In this document: piece by piece, positions 1-11,429 of the stretch | Layout: each line of letters starts with the position of its first letter | How positions within the stretch are numbered: position 1 is the stretch's first letter | Assembly: GCA_002269645.1 (NCBI GenBank) | Contig: NIVC01000475.1 | Coordinates: 326,737 to 390,736, forward strand | From: Macrostomum lignano | Taxonomy: Eukaryota | Length of the DNA: 64,000 nt | Direction: 5' to 3' | The notes under the pieces: model-generated | What the model saw: only the letters and a program-made list of their open reading frames with translations | Told to the model about the DNA's origin: nothing | Databases searched by the model: none | Position numbers and translations under genes: made by a program

Positions 1-2560
1 GGCGACGGCGGCACCGCTTTGATGGAGGCCGCAGCTGCTGGCAAAGTGGAGACTGCTCAAGTGCTGCTCGAGTTGGGCGCCAATTGGCAGCTGAAAAATG
101 CAAAGGGCGAGACGGCGGAGAGCATCGCTGCCAAGGGAGGGAATGCTGAGCTGATGAAGCTGATGCAGAGGTGATGCTGGGTTTGAGGTGGAGTTGAGGT
201 GGAGCTGAGGTAGATTAGAGGTAGATTAGAGGTAGATTAAAGGTAGATTAGAGATAGATTAGAGGTAGATTAGAGGTAGATTAAAGGTAGATTAAAGGTA
301 GATTAAAGGTAGATTAAAGGTAGATTAGAGGTAGATTAGAGGTAGATTAGAGTTAGAGTTAAGGCGGAGTTGAGGTGGAGTTGAGGTGGAGTTAAAGTGG
401 AGTTGTGGTAGATTAACTATTGTTTGTATGATTTTTACAAGCAGTTCTGTATGCTTTTAATATTCATTGATAGTATTTTTCTCATTGCAGCTTCCAAGGC
501 AAAGACTTCTTCAGTACTGATGTTGAGCCCAGGTGAATTGACACAAATTTCGACGATCATATCTACGACGCTTTTGCACAGGTTATCTCTATTCTAAAAA
601 GGAAACATTAAAAAAACAATTTCAGCCAATCAGCTCAGCTTGAGTCGGACGATATCGCCTCTGGGGAGGAGGATGGCGAGTAAGTTTTGCATCCTAATAA
701 AAAGTTTGTTTGTGGACAGTCAATGGTAAAAGGCCAAAAAGATCGAAAGTTGTCAGTGTCTGTTATTAAGAGTAAGTTAAAGCGCGGAATGGGTTTTTGC
801 CATAGACAAAATCGGTCGAGATTATACACAGTAAACAGACGGTAACGGCTGAAGAAGGTGAAATATTTATCAATTAGTGTAAGTGCCCTTCTGCTTTGGT
901 TGTCCATGCAAAAAATGTGATAGAAACCTCCAAGATTACTTCCTAAGATAGATTTGGAAAACTGATTATTTTCAATCGTTTGTTTTTCTTCATTCAAGTT
1001 TCAATCGGGAAGTCACTGCCGATTCTTTCAATCAAGGCGAGCCTCATGTAAACACTGGTTTGCCCTCGAGCCGCAGTTCACGGCTTCGGTGAGTGATCGG
1101 AGTCAACAGACTCCTGAGACAGGAATGATGAAGAGAACTTGATTTTGAATAAGCCTTTTTCTGGAAAGGCATTGCCAGATCTGACCAGCAGACTCACTCC
1201 GATGAGGACAAACCCTCAAGGATCAGAGAGATGATAAAGTCAGGACTCAGTGCTCAGGGGTCAGTGGAATGGGCAAGACTGGAATGCTGTAGACATAAGT
1301 GAAACTCGATTCGCCATCAGTTCAATGGCGAACTCACCTGCCATGCAGGTACCGAGCAGCCGACTTCTACCCAGTGACGGATCCGCAGGGCATCTGTTTG
1401 GTCATCAACATCAACAAATATTCGCCAAGCTCGAAATTCGAATGCCGCGACGGGTCGGAGCTGGACGTGCAGCGAATTCGACAACTCTTCGAGAGGCTGC
1501 GCTTCCGCGTGCTGGTGCGACAGGACCTGAGCGTCAACGGGGTGCTCAACTGCCTGCACGAGGTGGCCAACAACCAGGCTGAGCTGCAAAACCACGGCTG
1601 CTTCGTCTGCTTCCTGATGGCTCACGGCACTGCGGACTCCATCTACGGCTGCGACGGGAGACCGCTGGAGATCAAGTGAGGGAGCTCTAGAGATCAAGTG
1701 GTTGTTGACTAATTTCCTGGCCGCTGGGTTGATTTATGATTGATTGATTGACTGATTACTGATTCTGTGGGTGATGGGGGGCTGATCCACTGATGATTAG
1801 TTTATGAATGGGGTTCTTAGGCCACTAGCGCTGTAAGACTGCTGGTTGTTGGCTGTTAGTTGGTGGTTAACGGTGGCTGTTCCTTAATGTTTAGTGGCTG
1901 TTAGTTGGTGGTTAACGGTGGCTGTTCGTTAATGCTTGGTGGCGGATAATTAGTGGTTAATGGTAAATGGATAATGACCGATGATTAGTATTTAATAATA
2001 GATTATTGATAGGTTGATTTTAAGATAATTTTATCATCGGATTTACCCATCGATGACCCCGAATCTTCGTGCCCAGATACCTCGCCGCCCGATTCCAAGC
2101 GAACATCTGCAGCGGGCTGGAGCACAAGCCGAAGATCTTCTTTGTCCAGGCCTGCAGAGGTGGCCGCACCGAAGCCACGGGTGGCGCCGGCGCCGGCTCG
2201 CAGCTGCTCCGCCAGGTGCAGCCGGTGAGCACGGACTCAACTAGCGGGCCTGCGCCAGTGAAAGACCCGCTGTTCTGCCCGACCGAGAGCGACTTTCTGT
2301 TCTGCTACGCCAACACCGAGACCGGCGCGGCCTACCGGGAGCCTCACCGCGGCTCCATCTTCATCCAGACTCTGTGCACCGTGCTGGAGCGCGAGTACCA
2401 ACGAGAGCACCTGGTGGACATCATGACCCAGGTGAATCGGCGGGTCAAGGAGAATCCGGTGCGGTGCCCCGGCCGGCAACTGTTCTACCACTCGGTGCCG
2501 GAGATGCGCTCCCAGCTGTCCAAGAAGGTGTCGCTGGATCCGAGCTGGGCTGCCAAGTAA
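1..2560 (+). CDS. Ankyrin-repeat + caspase (peptidase C14) protein, 5' end outside window; exons <1-170, 491-532, 626-679, 999-1088, 1179-1259 (or -1298), 1349-1675, 2077-2560
   Basis: 1-170 reads GDGGTALMEAAAAGKVETAQVLLELGANWQLKNAKGETAESIA (ankyrin consensus). All six introns are GT..AG, phase 2, and the frame stays open. The caspase p20/p10 has RDGSELD, CFVCFLMAHG (catalytic His), KPKIFFVQACRG (catalytic Cys) and YREPHRGSIFIQ. The caspase call is very solid; the link to the ankyrin exon is inferred from splice sites. Confidence 0.85.
181..410. repeat. 11-bp tandem repeat (gaggtagatta)n with gaggtggagtt variants, in intron 171-490
   Basis: Directly visible tandem copies. Confidence 0.9.
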
Positions 2561-3223
2561 TCAGTTGATAGCAGAGAACCCTGCGCGTCACTGATAACTT
2601 GAATTTTTGTATTTTCAATCAGCACAAGTTTCTATGCAGAGAAATAAAACAAAATTTAAAGTATTAAAAAAACACACATCTTGTAGGCGCCAAGAATCAA
2701 CTAATTTGATTGGTTAATGAATAATTTATTTTTAAAATGTCTGTAAACTTATATTTTATCCATTTAAAATCGTGCGTGAAAAGTGCTAATAAAAATTTGA
2801 TAATACAGCTAATAAAGAGGCGCTTTCGCTTCAAACAGAATCAAGGGGAAGAATTAAATTAAGACTGCATAAGACAGTCCTACAGGCGCTAACTGTTAAC
2901 TTCTGCGGGTTCAAAGCTCCTTCAGTTTTAGTGAAATACCAACTACAAGAGTTGAGAGTTGAGAGTTGGGTGCTGAAAGCTAACGAGAACAGTAGATGGG
3001 GTCAGGTTTGACATCTGCTTGCCAGCTGGTGCCATCAGCTGCGCGCAAGCCGCACTGCAAGAGCAAAGCGCTGTTGAAACTGGTGTGCTCAGGCAGTTTC
3101 GGCAAGCGTTTGTAAGTTTATAATAAGCTAATTTGTTCAGAAAATAAACAGGCCCCAGTGCGAGACAAAAGTCGGAGTCTAGAAAAGTTTCTACAGCTTC
3201 TCTGCTCTAGCTTATCCGCCTCA

Positions 3224-5460
3224 TCACTTCTTGGCCTCGAGCTCGTTGAGCTTGTTGACGGTGTCGATCATGTTCTGCACCAGCTCGTACTCGGGCCGGC
3301 CGATGCGGTGGAAGTTGGAGATGTCGCAGGTGTCCACAATCTCCGTGTGCTCGCCGTGGGTGCCGCGCACCTGGCAGCCGAGGCTGCGCGCCAGCTCGTC
3401 CAGCTTCTTCAGCCCCATGGTCTTGAACAGGTGCGGCAGCACAATGTGCACGCTGCCGCGCAGGCCGGTGCCCAGGTTAGACGGGCAGCAGGTGATCATG
3501 CCCAGGTGCTCGGTGCAGAGGAAGGCCTGCGCGTTGCCCGTGATCTTCTTAATGCCATCCTCGATGGCCTTCACGCCGCGGCAGAGGCGCTCGAAGACGG
3601 CCTTGACGTCGCCGCCCTGCTGCATGCTGATGATGCGAATGTGGTCGCCCTCGTTCAGCCACAGCAGGAAGGTCTTGTCCTTGTTGTGGAAGATGCCGCG
3701 GCCGGCGGGCCAGAAGCTGAAATTCGGGGTGAGGAAAATGAGATTCATTCTCCAGCTCATCCGGCTCAGCGACGTTTGACAAAACTACTTTAAGTGGCAA
3801 AATACGAGTGTAGACTTCAAAAAATTCCAGCTATTAACTATGGATACTTAAATCAAGTAGTTTTTTAGTTTTCAGTATATCTACGGTAAAACAGATGATT
3901 AGATTGAAGCATTTTGCAAATCTCCGAAATTTAAGGCAGATATGCATAAATTCATTCCACCGATGAGTTGCGCTCAAGCACACAAATACGTACGAACGTA
4001 CACAGGCAGACGCACAGACAGTGTACTCGCTCCGTGCATTAGGGGGTTGGCCGGTCCGCCAAGACCCAGGCCACTTTTCATACACAAGGCCCAAATTTAT
4101 GTGACTACTAGCTGCGCACACAGCACAGCCTCTTGGCGCGAGAGTCAGATGTGTCACCGCTTGATGAAAGGTTGCCCAAACCAATATTTTCAGTCTGTTC
4201 AGATCTTTTATTTAAACTAATTTCAACTGCGTGGTAATGAAACCTAAGCACCTGTTAGCTGGCAAGCGTTGGTCAAAAACTCTGCAAGTCAGCTTACGCG
4301 TGGTAGCCGGAAGCGACCTGGAACCGGTCTCCAGGCTTGAACAGGAAGTGGTCGTCAACCAGCTGCTGGCGTTGCTCCTTGGTGAGGCTGGCTAGGGAGT
4401 AGTAGGTTCCCGCCAGGTCGCCGGTCAGCGTCTCGAATACGCGCTTCATCAGGTCCTCGATGGCGAGGCGCGACTCCTTGGTGCCGGCCGTGTTCAGCGG
4501 GAAGCCGAACAGGTTGCGGGCAACTCGGATTCGCGTCGACTTGATGTTGGACTTCTCGGCAAAGTCGCCGCGCAGCTTGCCGGCGTCCATGTCGGTCACG
4601 TGCTTCCGGTCGGGCCCGTAGCCGCCGTGGTACTTCTCAATGACGGGGTCGAACAGGGCCGCGAAGTCCGTGTAGCTCTCCAGGTCGCCGGCGTGGCAGC
4701 CGACCAGCGAGTCCTCGTTGACGAAGCCGGTGTTGATGGCCTGCGATGGAAAGGTTGCAGACTAGAGGATTCTGGATCACCGACTCATGAAGCCTGCGTC
4801 AAGGGCACCACATCATCATACCTACATGCACCAGGACACCAAGAAACAGGGGTAACCGCCAAGACACAGAGGGCCCACCAAAGAAACAGAGGCGCCCACC
4901 AAAACACAGAGACACCCATCAAGAGACAGGGGCGCCCAACAAAGAGACAGGGGCGCCCAACAAAGAGACAGGGGCGCCCAACAAAGAGACAGGGGCGCCC
5001 AACAAAGAGACAGGGGCGCCCAACAAAGAGACAGGGGCGCCCAACAAAGAGACAGGGGCGCCCAACAAAGAGACAGGGGCGCCCAACAAAGAGACAGGGG
5101 CGCCCAACAAAGAGACAGGGGCGCCCAACAAAGAGACAGGGCCACCCATCATAACACAGAGGAGGATGCACATCATTCAAAGCTTCATACCTTCCTGAGA
5201 GTCCACTCGCCAGTCTTGGTTTTGTGATTCTTGAGATCTTTCCAGATCTTCTCGGTCAGGCACTGGCCCATGATGCTCTTGTTGTTAGGCGAGATCTTGG
5301 GGAACTCCTCGCCCAGAAGGCGGGGGTCCATGACAACTGTGTATTCCTCTGCGTTCGGGTGATAGTTTAAAATTTAGCATTGGAGTAAAACTTCAAAGTT
5401 GAATGGGTTAAGGGTACACAAAACAGTTAAGGTATATTAATTATGCTTACCTGCGGCCAT
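3224..5460 (-). CDS. Phosphagen (ATP:guanido) kinase, arginine kinase-like, 367 aa; exons 5460-5451, 5348-5191, 4740-4298, 3716-3224
   Basis: Exon lengths sum to 1104 nt with GT/AG junctions. Motifs: [69 protein letters not shown]. Tyr in KYH and the Asp (NEDS)/Arg (GDRF) pair are arginine-kinase-type determinants. Confidence 0.93.
4918..5142. repeat. 21-bp minisatellite (caaagagacaggggcgcccaa) x ~10 in phosphagen kinase intron 2
   Basis: Directly visible near-perfect tandem copies. Confidence 0.95.
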
Positions 5461-8069
5461 TTTAATTTGACGACTTTTGAATCTGTGGGAATTAAGATAA
5501 GACAAACATATTTTTATTTATTTATTATAGGTATGTATGTTGCTTGCCTGTGTAAAGATATATCAAGGAATTCAAGGTGAGTCAGGGTTAAGAAATGATG
5601 TCAGATGTATTATAGAAACGATTGATCATAAGTTACATGATTTTAAACAAAATTATTACTTTTTTTTTCAATTTACCAAGCTAAGCGAAAAGTATAGCCC
5701 CCTGCTATATACAGCAGACACTAATGAGAGGCTTACCGTTTGGAAAAGTATACTTTCGCTGCTGCTAGCGGTAGTTTGCAGACTCTGACTAACCTGTGCA
5801 GCACTATTCCTGCCGTTTGAAATGCTTATATATATATATAGCTCGTATATTAGCGACGAGGTGCCAAGCCCCCTAAACTAATTCACTTCTTCACCCTTGG
5901 AAAATAAACGAGAAAATAATACGAGAGAGTAAAAAATGGGCTGCTCAGGCAGAGACTCAACCCTCGAGATATATGGCAAACAATAGGGCAGGACTAACCT
6001 GGCAAACAGACGAGAAACTTCGTGTAGGCGGCCTTTTTAGCTTCAGAATTGGACTGTGGGGCGTGCGGGGGCCTCAGTAACCTTCAGTCTGCCATTTTAT
6101 CGCTTGGGGTGCAGTTGGGGTGGGGGAGAGACAGAGAGAGACAGAGAGGCCTGAGTGGGAAGACAGTACTAATGTAGAGTGTACAGCACAGGGACGGGGT
6201 GTACATCTTCTCTCTACACCTTTTCCGTTCTTAATTCCCTCTCTCCTTCTCATCCTCTCTAGGGCTCCCAACTTCCAAATATTCCCCAAAAAGCTTCTGG
6301 AGTGAAAGGGCGGCGGGATCTGGATTGTGGCGGTTGGGAGCGGCTGGGGAAGAACGAACTTGGACGTGCAGCCTTGGTGACTGGGGAGTTTCCACAGCTT
6401 TTTGGGGGAGTTTCGATCTGTTCTGTCGCGGCCGCCTCCCATTCGCTTGGCTGGCCAAAAGTGCACAGCTGGCACAGGCACAGCCAGAAGCAGAAGAAAG
6501 CAGTTATGTTGCAGAGAGCTGCCTCATTTCCTTTCAGGGCTTAAGATCCGTGCTGAACTTCTTAACCTTCCACTGGCACCTGTGATCACAAGCTGGTAGA
6601 ATTGTGTAATTTTTAATCATTACAAACGACAAATGCGACATGACTGACTGTGCGCAGATATCAGGCATCGGGCTTTAATTATTGCGTCGCAGTTGGACAT
6701 CGGGCTATCTGAAATGCGAAATATTTAACTGACGGGGTCATAAAGAGGTCGCAGACACAGGTAGCTGTGCTAATTGGCAATCTTTTCTTCACTTGTGACT
6801 TTTGCAAGCCACTACAGCAGCAGGCCTTATCAGTTTGCTTTCCTATCTGCCTTTATCTACAGTGACGGATGCGCAGATTGTATGAATATTACAATGACCT
6901 TCTGTAGTCTTCTGTCTGTAGATAAAGACACAAAACCAAATGCTTTTTCAAACTTCGTGGGAACAATATTGCTTTTCTGGTTCGCTCTCGGGTTGCGTGT
7001 GGGACCGGGTACTGGGGTCGCTTTTTCCATCTTTCGAATCGGCACTGCACTGTGCACCAAGTCCAGGACAGCTGCTGTTGGCGAAATGTTAAAAAACACA
7101 CAGTGGGTTTGGATCAGTGGCTCTATATTGGCAGTATGTGTTGCACAGCATGTAGTGATATAGAGTGAGGCAGACATGCACCGAGCCAAGATTAGCATAG
7201 CAGGTCCAAGGTTAAGTAATCTGCATTGCACACAGGGCCGACAGTGAACAACTAGAAGGGATCATGCTGTACCTAGTACATGTAATGTAGTCCATTGTGC
7301 TTTGGCCAATTTCCATTAAACTTATGGTACTTTAGAAGCTAATATTTTTAACAAATATGTCGTCTCTCTCGATCAGAAAATCTATGAAGCCATATATGCA
7401 AGTTTCAATCTTTGGTGCACAGAGATTGGACAATCAATTTAGGTTACCCAAAGACATGCAATGCCTACTTGTGCTCTATAAACAGCTGCTCAGTTACCAG
7501 CGGGAACAGCTGACATAGAAACGGCATTTGTCTTATTGATTAGCAGAATCTGTTCGATCCTACGGTCTTCCGTTGATCCAGCCATATGATAGAGAATGTT
7601 GTTGGACGATCAGTTACTGGACTCAAACTAGCTGCTTCCCTATTTCGTAGCTCTATTGCTAGGCAATTTCACGGTTAAATTAACATGAAGCACCTCGATA
7701 TTGAGCGCTTATGTATGAGTAATCCAGTATTGAAACACACGAGCTAAAATCACTAGGAGCATAAACATAGATTTTTTTAAAATAAAACGTTTTTAGTTCC
7801 AAAGAGCAGAAATTACGTAAATATATCGAGCTCAAAGTCAAACAGAAGCTGCTAGGTCAATAGCGGTAAATAGTATACTGGCAATCGCATAATGATTTTT
7901 TTTAATCAGGCGTGAAATTACTGAATAAAAGTATGCGAGCGTTTTTTAAAATTCCACCTGCTTCCTGTAGGTTGTACGCAGCTGGTAGTTCTACTAGACA
8001 AGTTAAGATGTACTTGAGTAAATTTATTGGAGTAGTTTTACTATGAGTAGTATATGCTGCCTTTCAGTG

Positions 8070-11000
8070 TCATTCAACGTAGATTTCATTCCAATTGGCA
8101 TCTCCAGTTTGTACTGTCCGGAGATCTCGCGCTCTGCGGCTAGTCTGGGTACACCCTTCATCGTCCGCTGAACCTCTGCCTCGGCCCACCTGAAAGTGAG
8201 CCACTCGTCTGCTGCTCCTCTTCCGGTATTCACCTGCATGGAAACATTGGCAGTGCCTGGAGCCGGACCCCTAAAACAATTGGTTAGTTAGAAACAGGGG
8301 GCTGTGTGCATCTTGGCGCACTTTAAGCGACATTGTCGCACAACCGGCGAAACATGCGGATACGTACGCAGTCATACGCACAGGCACACACTCACACAGG
8401 AGTGTACAGCGGCCCTAACTTTATTTATCGTTAGGCATGTACACTTCACTGTGCCTTGGGGGATAGAGCCACGTCGAGATTCCAATTAAGTCCCAAATCA
8501 ATTTGACTGCACTTGGAACCGAGCCTGTGCCGCTGGCACAGCAGTGCGCCGCTCTGGACCACCATGGGCTACGGCCCCCTAATCGGGAGTGCCGACGCAG
8601 ACTCAGCTTAACTTGACTCTTAGTGCCCTAATCCACTGTCCTAGGGCTAGAGCATAGATACTAAAACCTCTTTTAAACATGTGTTCCTGCAGTATCCATG
8701 TGATTGGGATGAGCAACAGTGTAAAGAACGCTTACGTGGCTCAGTGCCCAGAGGATGCCGCAGAGGATGCAGCCCAATACGAACCCGGCTACGCTAAAAA
8801 CTGCTGCAAAGATGGCGCAATTACTTGTCAAGGACTTGAGATCATCAGCTGGACAACTAATCAGAGCTGAGTTGCTGCAGATTCGTTCAAACGCCATGCC
8901 ATTTGGCAGAATCTGCACTGCACTGCAGGTGACTTTAGGAGGACTGCCTATCAGCTCAGTGACGAGCCGCCATTGGCTGACAATTCGGCCGTCATCGATC
9001 GATTTCTGCAAGGCCGCAACAATTAGCCAGTGAGTCTGGGATTTTCGATGATTCTGCACTCATTACAAAAAGGACATATTTATTAAAGGACAATAAATGA
9101 TTAATGCTTCCTTTTATATCTATGACCACGGGCATGTGTTTAGCGCTCTTATGTCTATGGCCAAGACAGATGTCAACAATATGTCCTTATCATGTAAAAT
9201 GATTGTTTCCGATTGTTGGTCAGTCTATGTCTATGGCTAAGAAGTGGACGGAAATCTTAGAATCGGTCAAGGCGAACTGACACATTTATTCTAGTATCAG
9301 TCCAACTGCTAAATGACAAGACGAATTAATTCTCCTCGAATAAAAATCACTGCGATGCCCCCTCCAGATTCTGAAAGACTCACGGTGAGAAGGTGGGTGA
9401 GATTTTGTACCCGAGTCCATTCAGCTGCAACGCTGCATCTGTGCTCAGGCAACGGCCAAGAAGAGGAAGATGTAAACTGCACTGTCGCATCTACTAGGCG
9501 CTTTCGGCAAACGAGGTTCAGTACCGCCACTGACACGCTTGATGGAGGGTCTGTAAGGGAAACGGAGTGTGGAAAATCTTAATTCTTACTGTAGGCAGTT
9601 TCCAGTCAGCTTTAAACTGTTTAAAATTCGTAAATAACAAAATAGTCGCAACGCACTCGTCACTTGCACTGATGTTGACTTTGTTAAAGAGTCTAAATGG
9701 CACGTGTAATTTCCAGAATGCCAGGATTTTGCCCTGTCAATTTGAATCTCGTGGTCAGATGTGCAGCCACCGTTTGGCAAGCAGAGCTTCAGCCCGCTAA
9801 AATCAGTGCTCATCGCTGAGCTGGCGCAGAGCAACGAGCAGCTCACTGAGAATTTGGAGTTCTTCGCCACGATTTGATCATCAGATGGCTCTTAAATACA
9901 TGATGGAGCAACGACTCGAGTGGTTATAAACTTAAATATGAAGCGATGAAGAGTAAGGGATAAGGCATTGCGTACTGAGTAGCGCTGGAGTCCGAAGTCG
10001 AAGATCAGCAAAGCTCATGGCTTCGCACTGTATGCTTCTATTACAGGCAAATGTCGCGTTTTTTCTTAGCAACAGGAATCGAACCTAAAATAGAGTTTGG
10101 TTGCAGTGAGCCATCAAATAAGGACTCAGCAATATTACGTAGATTTTATTAAAAGCTTAAATAAAACTTGCTTACCTCTGTGGGGCAGTCTAGCGCGGAT
10201 ACCATAGGGACTCTAGCGTTCCTCAGCTCACTGCCTGTGACACCGCACAGTCTCCAGTGCCGCCGTGTTGCTCTGAACTGCCTGCTTATGCTCCTGGAGT
10301 TGCAGTGATGCCCTGAGAACATCTGCTGATTACTACTAGATGTAAAGATCTCAATGTTACTGCTTCCTAAAAGCATTAGTTTTTTAAATGATTTGGACTT
10401 AATTGACGCCAAATGTGGTGACACAACAGCAAGGACTACTAGAATAGAAGGACGCAACACTTGCAAATCGTGGAAAATAGTTGAAGGCCGGTTATTAAAA
10501 TGTCTGTATCTCTGAATCGATTGCATATAGAAGGTTAATTTTTTCGTCCGATTGTTCAGATTTTTGTCCCCTACCAAGCAAGTTATGAATTTATTAATTT
10601 CCAACTAGATGTAGTTTTGCATTCAAGTCTTCAAGTTTAGGAAACAATGAAGTAGCCGAAAATCTTTGACGCAAATTTTTGTTACGGTTGTAAAAAATGT
10701 AATAAGCTAATGATACTAAACCACAAAATATTATAAAAAATAGAGCTACTCGTAAATGTTTCTGAACCAAGTAGCTACCAGACAATATTGAGTACTCATA
10801 CCCAATACTCAGAGAATACTCAATATTCTCTGGTAGCTACTGCAAACAGCACATACGTCAGTGGTATGTTTAAAATCATGAAATTTATCTAATCTCGCTA
10901 TTGTATATGGTCCAACGAAAATTGGTCTTCAATTCAACTATTTTTACACGAATCGAGAGTGCACGCGCTCGTAAATGTCCTTCTATAAAGAAGTGTTCCT

Positions 11001-11429
11001 AGCGGTCCTTGCACAGCAGTCACTCACCCGCTCTGCCGGTCACAGTCACAGATCTGATGAGCACTGTCTCATTCAGCTGCACTGCAAACCAGTGAAACCC
11101 ATCGTTCACCTCATCCGTAATTTGGCTGCTTTTGAAAAACGTTTCGGCCATTAATTTGGTATCGAGATACAGTTCATCATATTTTTGTTTGTCGTAGAAA
11201 CAAGTTTGAGTCGCAGCAAATGAAGACTGCCAAGAGTTCAATACGCGACTCCTTCGAATTGGCAGTTCACCTGTGGAATATTATAAAATTTGCGGGACAT
11301 TTTCATTATTTGAGTGTAATTAAAAGGTAAGCTGATTGATCACCCACAGTAGTAGGCGGACGCTCCATCTGAGGTTACTGAAAGCAGCAGCAGAGTAAGG
11401 TAGGCGAGCACATCATGTACTTTTTGCAT
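8070..11429 (-). CDS. Type I membrane protein: signal peptide, F5/8 type C/galactose-binding-like domain, Ig domain, second Ig/FN3-like beta-sandwich, TM helix, short tail; exons 11429-11348, 11270-11028, 10366-10176, 10084-9976, 9890-9657, 9550-9384, 9005-8736, (8686-8668), 8233-8070 (or -8024)
   Basis: The first seven exons are phase-compatible and open (432 codons). Signal peptide MQKVHDVLAYLTLLLLSVTSDGASA; F5/8-like FHWFAVQLNETVLIRSVTVTGR; Ig F-strand IQIDRAKSWHSGNYTC; TM AIFAAVFSVAGFVLGCILCGILWAL. The structure of the 3' tail is uncertain. Confidence 0.75.
8315..8580 (-). mobile_element. tRNA-derived SINE-like element (copy A)
   Basis: The minus strand begins GGGGCCGTAGCCCATGG..GGCTCGGTTCCAAGTGCAG (A/B-box-like). 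Head and the distal motif cactttaagcgacat are shared with the copy at 16103-17340. Confidence 0.6.

Noticed and set aside
1-174. Stand-alone ankyrin gene ending at TGA 172-174
   Set aside because: Kept only as an alternative. A donor at 171 and a fully phase-consistent exon chain into the caspase fit better.
635-997. 120-aa minus-strand ORF
   Set aside because: It is antisense to caspase-gene intron/exon sequence, AT-rich, with no motif.
6074-7231. Several 60-135-aa ORFs on both strands
   Set aside because: No recognisable domain or consistent splice chain could be built by eye.
10594-10785. 63-aa ORF with a hydrophobic stretch
   Set aside because: It lies inside intron 2 of the receptor model, has no supporting splice sites, and AT-rich DNA readily yields hydrophobic peptides.
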